Of a DNA stretch of 64,000 nucleotides, positions 52,070 to 63,129 are shown piece after piece. Origin of the DNA: Selaginella moellendorffii (taxonomy: Eukaryota > Plantae > Lycopodiophyta). A model generated the notes under the pieces. The model was given only the letters and a program-made list of their open reading frames with translations. It was not told the origin of the DNA and made no database searches. Position numbers and translations under genes: made by a program. Position 1 is the stretch's first letter; every line of letters begins with the position of its first letter. The stretch is from positions 269,102-333,101 of the forward strand of contig NW_003314285.1 of assembly GCF_000143415.4 (NCBI RefSeq). Direction: 5' to 3'.

Positions 52070-55026
52070 ATTAAAGCTAGTAAGCCTAAAAAATTAATAA
52101 TATTTTAGTTTTGGTAGCTATCAAATTGATTTAAATCTAGACCTTTTACTCCTCTATATAAACTAAAGTTTTGGGGTTAATCAAATATGCATATTTCTAT
52201 ATTCCATTCATTCACATTAGTGGAGGTGAAGGATAATGTAGGTGATTTCAAGTTTAAACTTCAATCATTGCAAATGGTGTTGAGTCAAATTTTTAACCTT
52301 ATCTTTGATATGGATTAGTTACAATGCTATCATGCAAATTGTGATTTTGAGGTTTCTCCCCTATTTTTACTTTTGATTCCATTATTTTTATTTTCTCATT
52401 ACTTTCTATTGTGTTTTTGTTTTACTCCTTTATTCCCCCTCTAATAATCTTTGTGTCAAATGAGAATGCTGAGAACAATGTTCCCAAAACTATTTTTAAT
52501 ATACTATATGGTTTGTATAAGTTCTTAATGATGTTATTCAGTTTGAATAATACTTTAGCAACTTTCTAGTAAATGATGGATAAGGTTCTTTGCAATATGT
52601 TACAGGTGATAATTAACTTTATTGATGATGTCTTGATCCACTCAAAGGGAACATTAGAGGAACACATCCATGATATTTGCAAAGTGTTAGATTAATTGCA
52701 GAAAGTTAGTTTAACTAAAGTGGTCAAAGTGTGTATTTAGATCCAAGAATATTATTTATCTTGGGTATTATATTTGTTGTGAGGGTTTATAAATTAATCA
52801 TAACAAACTTATGGTTGTTCTAAAGTTTCATATTCTAAGAGTATGAATAATGTGTAATACTTCATGGGCAAAATGAAGCATTTAAGTTATTTTATTGATC
52901 ATCTTTCTAATCATATTGTACTATTGTGAGTGTTGTTGAAGTTGTCAATATTATCTTTCATTTAGTCGGAAGACTATGAATGAGCATTCATAAATCTCAA
53001 AGAAATGTTAACAACTCCTCCAATTTTAATGTATTTTAACTACACTTGACCATTCATTTTATATGTAGATGCTTTTGATATCGGTCTCATGAATGTCTTG
53101 ATGTAAGAGAGTATGGATGTGCCTAGTCAGTATCATCCCATTATGTACATCAGCCATATGTTACAATCACCAAAGGTGAACTACTCTACGACAGAAGAGT
53201 ATTTAGTAGTAATTTAAGGTTTTGAGAAGCTTCATGCATATTTATATGGTTCTCAGACATTACTAGAAAATGATCATGCTACAATTACATCATTATTGAA
53301 ATAAAAGAACTTTGTTGGTTGTACTAATTAATGGGGCTCTTAAGCTTTAAATATATAATTTCAAAGTTGTGAATTCTATAGTGCATTTTCTTGGGTTCTT
53401 CTCCCTTCTTTGCTCTCTTCTCATATTCATGTATAAATTTTCTAAATGAAAATTCTGTGCCATTAGATGTTGTTGTATTTAATGTTCAATATCCACAATG
53501 TGTGGAACAAGATTTACATTCTTTTAACGAAGTTCCTAAGGTTTAAAAGGTTAAACTATGGATCTGAAAGCTTTGCAATGGGTTTGAAAATTCTATATTA
53601 CTTGCTGATAACTTACCATTTTAGCATTTGAAGACAACCTTCTTTATTTTATGGGGAGAGGTCCTAATAATTATTTATGGCTGGTGGTGCCTTTAATCTT
53701 TATGCCACACTTTTTTTATGTTTATCATGATTCTTCTATTTTAGGTGGGCATATAGGATATTATCATATGTTTGAGAAGCTATGCAAGTCTTTCTATTAG
53801 TCAAAGATATGACATGATGTTATCTAACATGTGTATAACTGTTTTTAATGCTAAACTCGTAATACTTCCCCTCGTGCTATAGAAGGATAATTGGAGTCAA
53901 TTGCAATTTCCCATCTATTTGAGTTGGTGGCATTTGATGTGATGGAGCCTTTAACGTAGTCAATTATTTATAATGAATTTGTCATTATTACTTTTAACTA
54001 TTTAATTCGCTAAGTGGAAGTTGGTGCTTTTACTAGTGCATTTGCAATTACTATTGAATATTTTTTCCTCAATTAAGTGGTGTTTCAATATTCTTATCCA
54101 AAGTGGATTCTCTTGGATAATGGTCTTGCATTAATGGTTAAGGCATTTTATATTTTAACATCTCAATTGGGGATACACCACACTTTCACAAATGTTTATT
54201 ATCCACAAATGAATGGTTTGCTAAAACAAATTGTTTAGAACTTCAAAAGAATAACTGTAAAGTATATGAAGTTCTTGCATTTGAATTAAGATGGTTATTT
54301 ACCCTTTTTTTGGTATGCATATGTCACAAGGGGTATAGAGTTCCATCAGTGCTTCATTATATAAATTCTTATATGGTTATAATCTGATACTACCAAAAAA
54401 GTTGAATTTACCTTTGCAATTGCCATGAGCTACAAATGATAGGTGTAAGAATTAGTATTTTATGAGTATTTTTCAACTAGTTCACGTGGAGTCTATTGAA
54501 CATTTGAGTTATATATAAATTTGATAACAACAACACTACAACTCCTATTATCATCCACTTATAAAGTATAAACTAGATGATCTAGTGTTAGTTTGTTTTC
54601 CCAATTTTTGTTTAAGGGGCTCTTTGCTTAATGTGTATCAGTTGTTGCAATAAGTTGGACCACAAGTTTATAAGATTTGGTATAACATTCAATTGGCCAA
54701 TCCTCCAAAAATTGTATATATATAGCAATTAAAGTATTTTGTATAAAGAGATCAAGAATAATTAACACCACCTACAAATTTACCAATGCCTCTTTTTAAT
54801 GTTCCTTCAAATCCTGGCTAATCAACTAAAGAACCCTAATTGCCTTTCATCCTTTCGAGAGGAGAGGATGATGTGAGGTCCAAATGTATAATTATGATGT
54901 TGTATATTAATATTAATATAGTGGGATTTTGGTAGTGATTTGATTAGTTTCAATCCCAAAAATTCACTTCTGTATATAAGCAAAGTTTTTGGAGCTAATC
55001 ATATTTTAATATTCCATACACTCACA
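52070..55026 (+). mobile_element. Old, AT-shifted, internally deleted gypsy copy (gag largely missing)
   Basis: LTR remnant, PBS-like TAGTGGAGGTGAAGG at ~52218, RT/RH/INT remnants, PPT GAGAGGAGAGGATGA, 3' LTR 54872-55026. Confidence 0.88.
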
Positions 55027-55289
55027 ATAGTAAAGATAACATTTAAATTGTTTTATTATAGATTTACAATATGAACTATTTACTTATTTGCTACCTAGTC
55101 ATCGGGGATGAGAATATTCATCTCGTACATTCAATGGGCATGATAGCACCAGATCCAGCAAGATGTCTAACACTAGAATCATAAGTATTTTCTTTAGAGA
55201 GCAAGGTTTTTGATATTTTGCTGACTGGATTGGTGATTGTTGGCTCCTTGGAATGCAAATAGAGGCTACTCGGTGTTGCCTTTTCAATT

Positions 55290-56490
55290 GATCCATCTCA
55301 GGTTTGTTGGACTTCTTTTTTGTATAAAAAGGTTCCTGGTTTCATTGTCTTTGTCCTAGGAAGGAGATCGATTGAATCATATGTGGGGAATTATATTCTT
55401 TGTCAGTACTTAACTTTTTGTTTTAAGAGCCTTTCTAGCTTGTCTTCTTGTTTTCTATATGTAAGTTGTTTTCAAGTACTTGGAATATATCTTAAACCAG
55501 ACTAGGGCCTCAATAGCGTAATTGTTCCCATGGGTAAAGATTTCTCCCATTCTTTGTTCAAGTATCTAGTCAAATTCCATCTATTACAAGATCTGGATTG
55601 TCAAGCTTTTTAGGTTATCACAATTGTTTACTTGCACTCAGTTCAGCTCGTCTGCTGGTCCAGTCTACTTTAAATTTGAATAGATATAAAGATAGGAGCG
55701 ACGTAATTGCTGCATAAGCACGAGGATCAAGCTATGGCGCTGCGTCGCCGAGGCGATCAGAATGTTAGACTCAGTCTTTAATTAGGTATTGGAGTCACTG
55801 CTAACCACTTATGGTTACCTCAGATTGTTTTCAACACGAAACAAGCTGCCATTCATGAGTCAATTCTCAAGTTTCCAAAGCAATACGAAACCATGGTTGG
55901 AGGAGAGATAGCGCTGGCAAGAGCATTCCTCAAATCCGTGTGAATCTTGTAAGTCAGTTGTGTTCCCTTAAACGTTTCACAACGTGTTTTCTCATCAGAT
56001 TGTGTGATGAAGCAACGAGTTCTCTAGATTCCACCACCGAGGCAGAAATTCTATCATCTCTTGCGGCCGCCATAATCATTGCTCACCATCTCACAACAGC
56101 ACTAAACTGCAATGAGGTATACATTTCTGTTAGCTTTGCAAGAGCTGGGCGGTATGCTCAGCTCTAGGCACAATAGAAGAGCTTGGATTATGGTCCATCG
56201 CTGATCTCTTCACCAGATTATATGACCCTTACTACAACCAATCACTTAGGAGCCAGTGTCCCAGCAGTGGTGGTGACTCAAACCTTTCTCCTCTAGATTT
56301 GCAAACTCCAGTGGTGTTTGACAACAAGTACTACAAGAACTTGATAAATTTCAATGGATTGTTCCACTCTGACCAGACACTGTGGAGTGGTGGTGATTGG
56401 ACAGTTGTGCAGTTGGTGCACACTTATGCCATGGATCAAGTGCAATTTTTCCAGGACTTTGCGACTGGAATGATCAATATGGGGAACCAT
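55290..56490 (+). pseudogene. Inverted mosaic of the TauD-side spacer, ATM3 fragments (55740-56180) and a peroxidase 3' fragment (56185-56490)
   Basis: [20 protein letters not shown]; QTPVVFDNKYYKNLINF...FFQDFATGMINMGN matches gene 27219; 55290-55550 is the reverse complement of the 31700-31900/35220-35480 spacer. Confidence 0.82.
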
Positions 56491-58271
56491 GAACCACAAG
56501 AATATTCTGAGAATATTCTATAGCATGTGGGATTTAAGGCCAGAACACCTTAAGGGTAGGATTAGCTCTCTTGTTCATTTCATTGGTATCGGGGTAACAT
56601 GTTCTTTTGGGGATGGTGGGTGAGCAAAATATTGATCTTGGTGAGGCATTAGTGATGATGGCTATAACAATGAAGAAGAGACTCTTGATGATGTCATTGT
56701 ATGGCAAGGATGATAAATTTTTGAAATTAAGAGTAACATAAAGGAGGTTAAAGATTTTGTCAATCTTATTAAGGATTTCTTGCTTCGCATGAACCCTCAA
56801 GGGTTAAATTAATCTCATGTCCATAATTACCATTTATACGTCAAGCATGCCAAGCATTACGGTATCGTGGAATGGAAATCATTACCAGATGTTTGTGATA
56901 GCCAAGAAGTTGATTCTTGGTAGGAATTGTGGGAAAGTTGTTTGTCTCACAATCCTTGTGAGGATAAGGTGAAGATTGTTTTTTTGTGACGAAGCTTATA
57001 AGCCATGTTTCTTCGTGGTGGAAGAACTATATCAAAGTGAATGTAGACCATATTTGAGCTCATGAGCTGAAGAGTTGAACTCATGAGTTGAGCTCAATTT
57101 TCAATTATAATTTAGTACAAACATTATAAACTTTAAAATTTTAAGGTTATGGCGAACCTAATAATTTCATAACTCTGTATATATTATATAGATAAAAATG
57201 TTCTAAAGGACATTTCTTGTTGTAATAATTTAAATATTTACTATATACAATGATAGGGACATTTTTTAGAACATAAAATAAAATGTTTACAAAAAGAGTA
57301 TTCTTGTCATTTCTTTAAATTTGAACTCTATGCTTTCTGGCTAGTAAATGTCAGGTTTGTTAGAATTTAAAAATTATTTGAATTAAGATTCTATAGAAGG
57401 CCATATAACCGTTTGAAAGAAAAAAAATTTGTTAATATAAGTTTTTTGCATATATAAGAGAGACTTGGTTCTTTTTTAGAATAATATTTTTGAGGGATTT
57501 ATTATAGCATACTATCTAAAATTTATGGATCTTCACTTGTACTCTCATTCGAAGAAAGAGGAATACACATAAATATCTGTGGGTTTTAGTGATGGTAATT
57601 TTAAGTCTTAAAATATTTCTTCCCAAGGTTCAAGGGCTAGAAGATACAATAGTTATCCCATTGCACAACATAACCAAACCATACAAAAGAAAGAAAGAGA
57701 GGATAGTGAATATAGTGATCATGAGCTAAAGATAAATGCAATGACAAAGAGTGCTACAAATTGGGTGAAAAAGAATGCTTTTCTATTTATTTTAGAAAAT
57801 TGCAATTCTGTGACTTTCAAGAAATGCTTTATATGTTTTTTAGGTTTTAATGGACACAATGGCAATGATCAATATAATGGTATATATGCTCTCGTAACAC
57901 ATTGCAATATCATGCACCCGAAAGACTACCATGAAATATTTTTTGAGATGGTAAAAACAGAAATGGAGACACATGAATACTATGGGCAATATTGCAAAAA
58001 GAACACTTATAAGTATATGAAATCAAAAGTGAAATGATAAAATATTTTTATTAATTATATAAAGTTGTGAGTGCATGGAATATGGAAAGGGAATACAGAA
58101 ATGTGCATATCAATTAGCCCAAAAACCCTAGCTTATATACAGGAGCGAGTGGTCTGGATTGAAACCAATCCAACGGCTACCAAAATCCACTATGCTAATA
58201 TTAGCATACGGCATCGTAGCCGTACACTTGGCCCTCACATCATCCCCTCCTCTCGGAATAATGGAAGGCCG

Positions 58272-61200
58272 TCAGGGTTCTCTTGTAGATGGGCCGGGAT
58301 CTGGAGGAACGTCAGGAGGAGGCATCGGTGGATCTGTAGATGGTATTAACTGCTCCTGATCCCTTTGTATGAAGCGTTTTAACCGCTGCACATGCACAAT
58401 CTCCGAAGGATCGGCCTGCTGAACGTCATGCCGAACCTCATAAACTTGTGGTCCAACTTGCCACAACACCCGATACGGTCCTTTCCACTGCACAAGGAGC
58501 CCCTTAGATAAACCACGTACCGTAAGATGGGGAAAACGGACTAACACCAAATCATCCACTTTGTACTCCGCTGGTGGACGATGATGGGAATTGTAGCGCC
58601 ATTGTTGTCCCACTTGTACGCGGCCTAAGTGTTTAGCAGACTCTGCTCGGACAAGTGGAAGAATGCTTGTCAAATATTGATCCCATGACCTAGCATCAGG
58701 AGCTCGTGGCAATCGCGAAGGTAAACCCAGCTCTGTTGGTAATATTGGATCATGACCATATAGAAGTTTATATGGTGAAGCACCAACAGAACTCTGCACC
58801 CCTGTGACATAAGCATACCGAAGAGATGGCAAATAACCATCCCAATCCGAATGTTGAAAGTTCACATACTTCGCAATCATCCCTTTGAATGTCCGAACGA
58901 GCCATTCCACCAGACCGTCTGATTGTGGATGATAAGCACTCGTAAAAGTGTGGCATATCCCCAACCGAGATGTCAAAACATGAAATACCTCAGCCATAAA
59001 TGCAGGACCATTATCCGAAAGAATCCGTTCTGGACAAGAATGCTGGAACACCACTTGATTGAGGAGGAAGTATCCAACAGCAGTTGCAGAGGCACTAGCA
59101 AGAGCACCAACTTCCACCCAACGAGTCAAGTAGTCAGAAGCAATAATAACATACTCATTGCCAGCAGTCGATCGAGGAAAAGGTCCCATAAGATCAAACG
59201 CCACCAACTCAAACGGACGAGAAACTGCAATTGACTCCAACCGTCCTTCCGCAGCACAAGGGGGAGTATTACGAGCTTGACACCAAACGCAGCTACGCAC
59301 ATACCAGATAATATCACGTCGCATCTCTGGCCAATAAAAAGATCTGCGCAGCTTCTCGGTGACACGACGGTGTCCCATATGCCCACCTAGAATAGGAGAA
59401 TCATGGTAGGCATGGAGAAACCGCGGAATAAACACCGAAGGCACCACCAGCCGTAAATGAGCATCAGGATCCGTCCCCACAAAATAAAGAAGGCCATCTT
59501 CAAGGCGATATTGAGAATGTAAATGCCGAAAAGGCAAGTCATCAGCAAGTGATGCAGGATTCTCAAACCCATCTCGAAGCCTTCGAATCCACGGCTCAAT
59601 CTTTTGAGCCTCGCGAACCTCATCCAGAGAAGGTAGATCTTGCTCTACGCCCTGTGGACACTGAACGTCAAGGACAGCAACCGCCGACGGCACAGAATCC
59701 TCATCTAGAAAATCCACAGATGCTGGAACAATAGGTTCATCAGAAACATGAGAAGTGAGTGGAGAAGGAAGAGGAGCTCGAGAAAGGGCATCAGCATCAG
59801 CCATAGAACTCCCTGGGCGATGAACAACATCGAAATCATATATCTGAAGCTTCAAAGCCCATCGAGCCGTATGACCAACCAGGTTCTTCCGCTTCAATAA
59901 TGAAGTAACAGCAGCATGGTCACCTTTAAGTAACGTCCGAGAACCATGTAGATAGGCATGAAGTTTCTCGAAACCCCAGACTGCTGCTAAACACTCCTTC
60001 TCCATCGTGGAGTAGTTCATCTCCGCTGGTTGTAATGTATAGCTTATGTATGCAATAGGATGGCGCTGACCAGGCACACTCGAGCTCTCTTGCATCAACA
60101 CACCTCCAAGACCAATGTCAGAAGCATCCACGCGCAAAATAAAAGGTCGAGTGTAGTCAAGATATGCCAAAACCGGAGGAGTCGTCAATAGCTCTTTGAG
60201 ATTCACGAACGCCCGCTCACAATCGGGAGACCAGATGAAAGATGACGTTGATGACTTCAGCAACGCTCGCAATGGTATAGTGCGATCGGAAAGATGATCT
60301 ACAAAACGACCGAGATACTGCACCTTACCCAAAAAGTGCTGCACATCATTCACACACTTCGGAGTAGGGAACTTTAGAACAGCCACAAGTTTGTCAGGAT
60401 CAACTTGCAAACCCTCACGAGAAATACGGTACCCAAGATAAGTTGTGTCCTTGGACCCAAACACGCACTTCGACCGCTTCAGCTTTAAACCAACGTCGCG
60501 TAGCCGATCCAACACTTTACAAACATCACGAACATGCTCCTCCCACGTCCCCTCCGAGTGGATCAAGACATCATCAATGAAGTCAGCCGTCACCTCCGGC
60601 ATATCGCAAAGAACCTCGTCCATCATCCGCTGAAAAGTTGCTGGAGCATTGTTCAAACCAAACGGCATCACCAAAAACTCGTACAAACCAAATGGTGTAC
60701 GAAAAGCAGTCTTAGGAATATCGTCTTCAGCCATCGGTACTTGCCAATACCCAGAAGCAAGATCTAGCTTGGTGAACCAACAACTTCGCCCCAGACGATC
60801 CAAGAGATCAGCAGTGTGAGGAAGATGGTACACGTCCGGGATCGTCACTTCATTTAACAGACGATAGTCGATGCAGAAATGAATACTCCCATCAGGCTTC
60901 GTCACAAGATGAGGTTCACATGCCCAAGGACTCCGCGACTTCCGAATAACACCCTTCTCCAACATCTCCTTAACGTTGGCACGTAAAATCTTGATCTCCT
61001 TGGGTGACCGATGACGAATAGGAACCTTGATTGGACGAGCATCCCCGGTTGGAATGGGATGACGTGTGGCAATCTTGGCCCCAGATGATAAGTCAAATTC
61101 AAAGAGATCAGAATACTCCTTCATGAGCTGGTCAACAGCTGCAACACAAAGATCATCAGAGGGATCGAAAAAGGGAAGAGCAGAACAAGATGGAAACACA

Positions 61201-61760
61201 AGAGGAAATAATGGGGGAACAAAAGTAATGGAAGCAGAGGTAGAAGTAGAGGGACGAAGAGGTACGGAAGTGAGAGGAACGGATGAAACATAAGGAAGTA
61301 TGAGACAAGGGGGAAAAGCCTCAAAGTCACACTTGGCATGATTGTGCTGCAACCAATCCATACCAAGAATGAGGTCAAAAGCTTGACTCGGCACCACCCG
61401 CAACGATTGCAACTCAAGCTCGAGATCGCCCACACGCACAACCAGGTCCGCCTCATCTCGTGCATATGCATGTGTACGGCCGTTGCCATAAAGAATGAAA
61501 ACTGGATCCGCCGCACGACGCAAGTGTAGATGACAACGTGTGGCAACAGGTCGAGCAATAGAAGATAAACTCGAACCTGTATCAACCAACACGGAGAGAA
61601 GAATAGGAGACCTCTTGTTATAAAAACGAGCTTGGAAAGTAAACACTGGATGAACCGGTGCCGAGTGAACCCCTTGATGATACTCCCAAAAGAAAGATGG
61701 AGGGGTCACTAACTTATTCGCGCAAGGTCCCTCCATTACTCGCGCGACTCCTCGTTTCCC
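58272..61760 (-). CDS. pol: Retrotransposon Pol (PR-RT-RNaseH-INT) in the -1 frame relative to gag
   Basis: [33 protein letters not shown]...CVWC, SDNG, HPQSDG, WKGPY. Open frame of ~1160 codons. Confidence 0.95.
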   Translation of the reverse strand, partial: GKRGVARVMEGPCANKLVTPPSFFWEYHQGVHSAPVHPVFTFQARFYNKRSPILLSVLVDTGSSLSSIARPVATRCHLHLRRAADPVFILYGNGRTHAYARDEADLVVRVGDLELELQSLRVVPSQAFDLILGMDWLQHNHAKCDFEAFPPCLILPYVSSVPLTSVPLRPSTSTSASITFVPPLFPLVFPSCSALPFFDPSDDLCVAAVDQLMKEYSDLFEFDLSSGAKIATRHPIPTGDARPIKVPIRHRSPKEIKILRANVKEMLEKGVIRKSRSPWACEPHLVTKPDGSIHFCIDYRLLNEVTIPDVYHLPHTADLLDRLGRSCWFTKLDLASGYWQVPMAEDDIPKTAFRTPFGLYEFLVMPFGLNNAPATFQRMMDEVLCDMPEVTADFIDDVLIHSEGTWEEHVRDVCKVLDRLRDVGLKLKRSKCVFGSKDTTYLGYRISREGLQVDPDKLVAVLKFPTPKCVNDVQHFLGKVQYLGRFVDHLSDRTIPLRALLKSSTSSFIWSPDCERAFVNLKELLTTPPVLAYLDYTRPFILRVDASDIGLGGVLMQESSSVPGQRHPIAYISYTLQPAEMNYSTMEKECLAAVWGFEKLHAYLHGSRTLLKGDHAAVTSLLKRKNLVGHTARWALKLQIYDFDVVHRPGSSMADADALSRAPLPSPLTSHVSDEPIVPASVDFLDEDSVPSAVAVLDVQCPQGVEQDLPSLDEVREAQKIEPWIRRLRDGFENPASLADDLPFRHLHSQYRLEDGLLYFVGTDPDAHLRLVVPSVFIPRFLHAYHDSPILGGHMGHRRVTEKLRRSFYWPEMRRDIIWYVRSCVWCQARNTPPCAAEGRLESIAVSRPFELVAFDLMGPFPRSTAGNEYVIIASDYLTRWVEVGALASASATAVGYFLLNQVVFQHSCPERILSDNGPAFMAEVFHVLTSRLGICHTFTSAYHPQSDGLVEWLVRTFKGMIAKYVNFQHSDWDGYLPSLRYAYVTGVQSSVGASPYKLLYGHDPILPTELGLPSRLPRAPDARSWDQYLTSILPLVRAESAKHLGRVQVGQQWRYNSHHRPPAEYKVDDLVLVRFPHLTVRGLSKGLLVQWKGPYRVLWQVGPQVYEVRHDVQQADPSEIVHVQRLKRFIQRDQEQLIPSTDPPMPPPDVPPDPGPSTREP
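61697..61760 (-). promoter_or_regulatory. -1 programmed ribosomal frameshift signal: GGGAAAC + 6-nt spacer + H-type pseudoknot
   Basis: Heptamer G_GGA_AAC in the gag frame (61760-61754); stem 1 UCGCGCGAG/CUUGCGCGA; stem 2 AUGGAGGG/CCCUCCAU. Confidence 0.85.
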
Positions 61761-62668
61761 GAATGCACCTCGGTATCCAAACCTTCCACCGCAGCAGCAC
61801 CAACGGGACATTGCTGACGCCAAGGTCTCCACCCAGGAAATGGAGGTCGCCAATCCGGAAAGCGCCGACAACGCCGATAAGTATGACCAACTTCATCACA
61901 CGCCCAGCAACGAACGTCACGGCCACGACCACGTCCTCGCCCTTGTCCTTGGACTCGAGTAGCAGCAGCATCAACCTCCATGGGAACAGGACCATCACTC
62001 ATAGGAAGTGGAGCTGAAGGACGTGTAGCAAGAAGTGGAAGAGGTGACGTCTCATAACGTTGTGCCAAGCGAAGAGCATCGTTAAGAGTGGCAGGAGCAA
62101 GTGCATGCACAAGTCCGACAAGATCTTGACGAAGTGCTGGCCACAGCATTCCTAGCTTGATCCGCTCCGACATATTTGGCTCCGCACGAAGCAAAAGACT
62201 TCGGAAACGAACGCCAAATTGCATCACCGACTCAGATGGCCCTTGGCGAAGATGATGCAATTGTTGGAAGGCATCATCACAATCGTTGGCGTGTCTGAAG
62301 GCGCGTTTGAAGACGTCCGGAAGAACACTCCAATCGCCATGAGTAGCTGCGCTCAATCCATTGTACCACTGCAATGCCGTCCCTTGAAGACATATGGGGA
62401 ACTCACGCAAACGTCGAGCATCATCCCAAGAATGATATGTGGCAATCACCGTGAAGTGATCGAACCAATGGTACACATCATCCCCAAGATTCCCACGAAA
62501 GAACTCCGGCCGAACGCGAGGATTGGCACCAAAAGCAGGAGGAGTTGTACCATGTGCCGTGAACGCCGCCATCAACTGAGTTTGGTTGTTCAATTGCAAG
62601 CGCATAGCATCAAGCAATTGAACCAACTGCTGCTCTAGAGTCAAAGGAGGAGATTGCGGATCGGCCAT
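61736..62668 (-). CDS. gag: Retrotransposon Gag with CCHC zinc knuckle
   Basis: LQGTALQWY, LRQGPSESV, PVPMEVD, CWACDEVGHTYRRC. Confidence 0.93.
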   Translation of the reverse strand: MADPQSPPLTLEQQLVQLLDAMRLQLNNQTQLMAAFTAHGTTPPAFGANPRVRPEFFRGNLGDDVYHWFDHFTVIATYHSWDDARRLREFPICLQGTALQWYNGLSAATHGDWSVLPDVFKRAFRHANDCDDAFQQLHHLRQGPSESVMQFGVRFRSLLLRAEPNMSERIKLGMLWPALRQDLVGLVHALAPATLNDALRLAQRYETSPLPLLATRPSAPLPMSDGPVPMEVDAAATRVQGQGRGRGRGRDVRCWACDEVGHTYRRCRRFPDWRPPFPGWRPWRQQCPVGAAAVEGLDTEVHSGNEESRE

Positions 62669-63129
62669 GAAAATGAATGAAAAAGAAAGAGCAAAAGAAG
62701 AGAAATGACAAAAAGCTGGAAAGAAATGGTAGATCTAGACAATGCAAAAAGCTAGATCTAAACCAAAATCCTGAAAGGAAATAACAAAAGAAAGGAAATG
62801 GAAAAAGTTAGATCTAGACAATGCAAAAGCTAGATCTAAACTGAAATCCCAAATCCAAGCACTCCCCAGGGATAATCAAAGGTGCCCCTCAACTCCACCA
62901 ATGTGAGTGCATGGAATATGGAAAGGGAATACAGAAATGTGCATATCAATTAGCCCAAAAACCCTAGCTTATATACAGGAGCGAGTGGTCTGGATTAAAA
63001 CCAATCCGACGGCTACCAAAATCCACTACGCTAATATTAGCATACGGCATCGTAGCCATACACTTGGCCCTCACAAAGTATAATAAGTTTATATTATTGA
63101 TAGAGAATAAACATCAATAGTATTGGAAA

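Larger units (their letters stand above)
58066..63075 (-). mobile_element. Full-length Ty3/gypsy LTR retrotransposon without chromodomain (possibly Selgy-like); 174-bp LTRs at 58066-58239 and 62902-63075; TSD AAGT
   Basis: TG...CA LTRs differing at 4 of 174 sites; PPT 58240-58255; PBS TGGTGGAGTTGAGGGG at 62885-62900; domain order gag, PR, RT, RH, INT. Confidence 0.97.
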
